Source: a virus | Taxonomy: Duplodnaviria > Caudoviricetes | IMG/VR virus record: IMGVR_UViG_2934470325_000001 | Coordinates: 44,623 to 108,622 of that record | Strand: one strand, 5' to 3' | Length of the DNA stretch: 64,000 bases | In this document: positions 62,076 to 64,000 of the stretch, one piece after another | Numbering within the stretch: position 1 is the first letter of the stretch | How the letters are laid out: every line of letters begins with the position of its first letter | The notes under the pieces: generated by a model | The model's input: the letters and a program-made list of their open reading frames with translations, nothing else | Told to the model about the DNA's origin: nothing | Databases searched by the model: none | Made by a program: the position numbers and the translations under genes

Positions 62076-62504
62076 ATGGCGCTAGACGGCGGTGACTGGC
62101 GACGACTCGGCGAACACGTCGTACGGCGACGCGAAGAACTAGGACTAACCCAATCGGAGGTCCACGCCGCAGGCGGACCCTCCACCGCTACCATGCGCAA
62201 CATCGAGCGCGCCGTCGGCGTCAGCTACCGAGGCGGCATCCTCCGCTCCCTCGAACGCGCCCTCCAGTGGCGCACCGGCAGCGTCGAAGCCATCCTCGCC
62301 GGAGGCCACCCCCTCCCCGCAGACAGCAGCGACAGCGGCGACGCCGACTTCGACACCCTCATCACCTGGCTCACCCGCGTCGCCAACAACCCCAACCGCG
62401 AAGCACCCCTGCGCGCCTGGGCCCGCACACAAATCGACGCCCTCGCCGCCATCCGCGAAGCAGACCGCAACGAAGCCCGAGCCCGTGGGGAGGTGGCCGG
62501 CTAA
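62076..62504 (+). CDS. Immunity repressor (XRE HTH)
   Basis: WRRLGEHVVRRREELGLTQ..GGPSTATMRNIE..LERALQWRTGS; start could be 62019, 62067 or 62076. Confidence 0.88.
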   Translation: MALDGGDWRRLGEHVVRRREELGLTQSEVHAAGGPSTATMRNIERAVGVSYRGGILRSLERALQWRTGSVEAILAGGHPLPADSSDSGDADFDTLITWLTRVANNPNREAPLRAWARTQIDALAAIREADRNEARARGEVAG

Positions 62505-62506
62505 CC

Positions 62507-64000
62507 GTGCGCCCCACCTCACCACTGCGCGCCGTATCGACCACATCGGTCGGCGCGGTGCTGTACATCCGGCAATCCATCACCCGCGTCAAGAAAGACG
62601 CCCACGGCAACCGAACCACCGAACTGGACACCGTATCCCCCGAGCTGCAACAAGCCGCCGGGGAGGAATACTGCCGCCGCCACGGCTACCACGTGGAGGC
62701 CGTCGTTACCGACCTCAACCGCACCGGCCGCACCCTCAAACGCCGCTCCGTACAGAAGGCCCTCGGCTACATCGAAGAGGGCAGAGCGAAAGTCATCGTC
62801 GTCTGGAAATGGTCCCGACTCGCCCGCAACCGTCGCGACTTCAGCGTCACCTGCGACTACGTGGAGGTGAAGCTTGGTGGCCGGATCGAGTCGTCGACCG
62901 AAGCAACCGACATCACCACCGCCACCGGACGACTGAACCGGGGCATCCTCGCCGAGTTCGCCGCGTTCGAATCCGACCGCACCGGGGAGATCATCAAAGA
63001 GGTGCAGGACAACCGGGTTCGGCAAGGGCTACCCGGCAACGGGAAACCCCGCTTCGGCTATCGCAACATCGACAAACGGTTCGTGCCCGACCCCGAACTC
63101 GGCGACGTCCTCGCAGAGATGTACAGCCGGTACATCGGCGGCCTCGGCTACTCCGCCATCGCCGTCTGGCTCAACGACCGGGGCGTCCTCACCACCTACG
63201 GCGGCCACTGGCGTCACGAAACCGTCCGCTCCGTCCTCAACTCCGGGTTCGGGGCCGGACTCATGCAGCATCGCGGCGAACTGGTGCCCGGCATCCACAA
63301 GCCGGTCATCACAGGGGAAACCTGGCAACAGTATGTGGCGGCCCGCGACAGCCGGTACACCCTGTCGAGCCGGGCGAAAGCGTCCCGCTACCTGCTCGTC
63401 GGGCTGATCCGCTGCGGCCTGTGTGGCGACGTGATGACGGCCCGCCCCGACCGGTACAAGCACATCTGGTACCGGTGCAAGTCCCGTACCCTGCGCCGCT
63501 GCCCCAACGGCATGGTCAAGCTTGTCGAGGCTGAGGCGCAGGTGATGAAGTGGTTGCGTGGCCTGGTCGACGACCTCGACGCGGCGACCGAGGCGAACAC
63601 GAAACGGCAGCACCGGGTCGAGTCGGCCCAGTCGAAGGCGTCGGCGATCGACCGGAAAATCTCCGACATCGACAAGGCGCTGACCCGGCTGACCATCGAC
63701 AAGGCCCGCGATCTGATCCCCGAGCAGGCGTACGTGGACGCCAGGGACGAGCTGATGGCGTCGCGGGTTCGCCTCGCTGAGGAACTGGCGGAGGCGAAAC
63801 GGGCGGCTGCGGCGGGACCCGAGACGAACGTGACCGAGTATCGGGGCCTGCTGGTGGAGTGGGACACGCTGCCGTTGGAGGCGAGACGGGAAGCACTGCG
63901 GCGGGTCATCCGGCGGGTGTGGGTGTGGTCGGATCCCCGCCCGTGCCGGGTGACGGTTGTTCCGACGTGGGAAGAGGACGACAGCTCCGCATCGGCTTGA
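62507..64000 (+). CDS. int: Large serine recombinase (integrase)
   Basis: YIRQS catalytic Ser, SRLARN, FGY recombinase domain, Zn ribbon CGLCG..C..C, coiled coil. Confidence 0.96.
   Translation: MRPTSPLRAVSTTSVGAVLYIRQSITRVKKDAHGNRTTELDTVSPELQQAAGEEYCRRHGYHVEAVVTDLNRTGRTLKRRSVQKALGYIEEGRAKVIVVWKWSRLARNRRDFSVTCDYVEVKLGGRIESSTEATDITTATGRLNRGILAEFAAFESDRTGEIIKEVQDNRVRQGLPGNGKPRFGYRNIDKRFVPDPELGDVLAEMYSRYIGGLGYSAIAVWLNDRGVLTTYGGHWRHETVRSVLNSGFGAGLMQHRGELVPGIHKPVITGETWQQYVAARDSRYTLSSRAKASRYLLVGLIRCGLCGDVMTARPDRYKHIWYRCKSRTLRRCPNGMVKLVEAEAQVMKWLRGLVDDLDAATEANTKRQHRVESAQSKASAIDRKISDIDKALTRLTIDKARDLIPEQAYVDARDELMASRVRLAEELAEAKRAAAAGPETNVTEYRGLLVEWDTLPLEARREALRRVIRRVWVWSDPRPCRVTVVPTWEEDDSSASA

Larger units (their letters stand above)
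1..64000. mobile_element. Temperate siphovirus genome/prophage of an actinomycete (att ends lie outside the window or were not recognised)
   Basis: Complete syntenic set of terminase, portal, protease, capsid, tail, tape measure, lysis, replication, repressor/Cro and serine integrase genes. Confidence 0.97.

Noticed and set aside
1-64000. tRNA/tmRNA genes and att sites
   Set aside because: No cloverleaf was recognised in the short intergenic gaps. The window ends at the integrase stop, so att sites cannot be assigned

Overview
The whole 64 kb window is an almost complete, GC-rich temperate siphovirus genome or prophage of an actinomycete. A Micromonosporaceae-like host is inferred from my recollection of host-type DnaN and WhiB1 sequences; no search was run. 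Nearly all genes are on the minus strand. From left to right the modules are: lysis (0.05-1.9 kb), tail (1.9-13.9 kb), an unusual head/neck accessory module with a glycoside hydrolase (13.9-17.7 kb), head and packaging (17.8-25 kb), a late promoter/terminator switch, many small early genes, a lambda-like replication module (initiator with internal iterons, DnaC-like loader, DnaB), a sigma-like protein, a truncated BREX-2 PglX-like protein, a phage-borne beta-clamp, dCTP deaminase, WhiB, a recombination module, a membrane-protein cluster, antirepressor/Cro, and plus-strand repressor and large serine integrase at the right end. The strongest candidates for undescribed biology are four. (1) A PglX-like protein that lacks the catalytic motif and ends in a QLDLF clamp-binding motif, close to a phage dnaN (possible replisome-tethered anti-BREX/Pgl decoy). 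(2) A virion appendage module in which a small Ig-like protein and a GH26-like hydrolase share a docking hairpin. (3) Two plus-strand Phd/YefM-like inserts, one facing TGTACA boxes at the replication promoter and one fused to a GIY-YIG domain. (4) Ala-Ala C-termini on many early proteins and on no virion protein. All family assignments come from motif recognition by eye.
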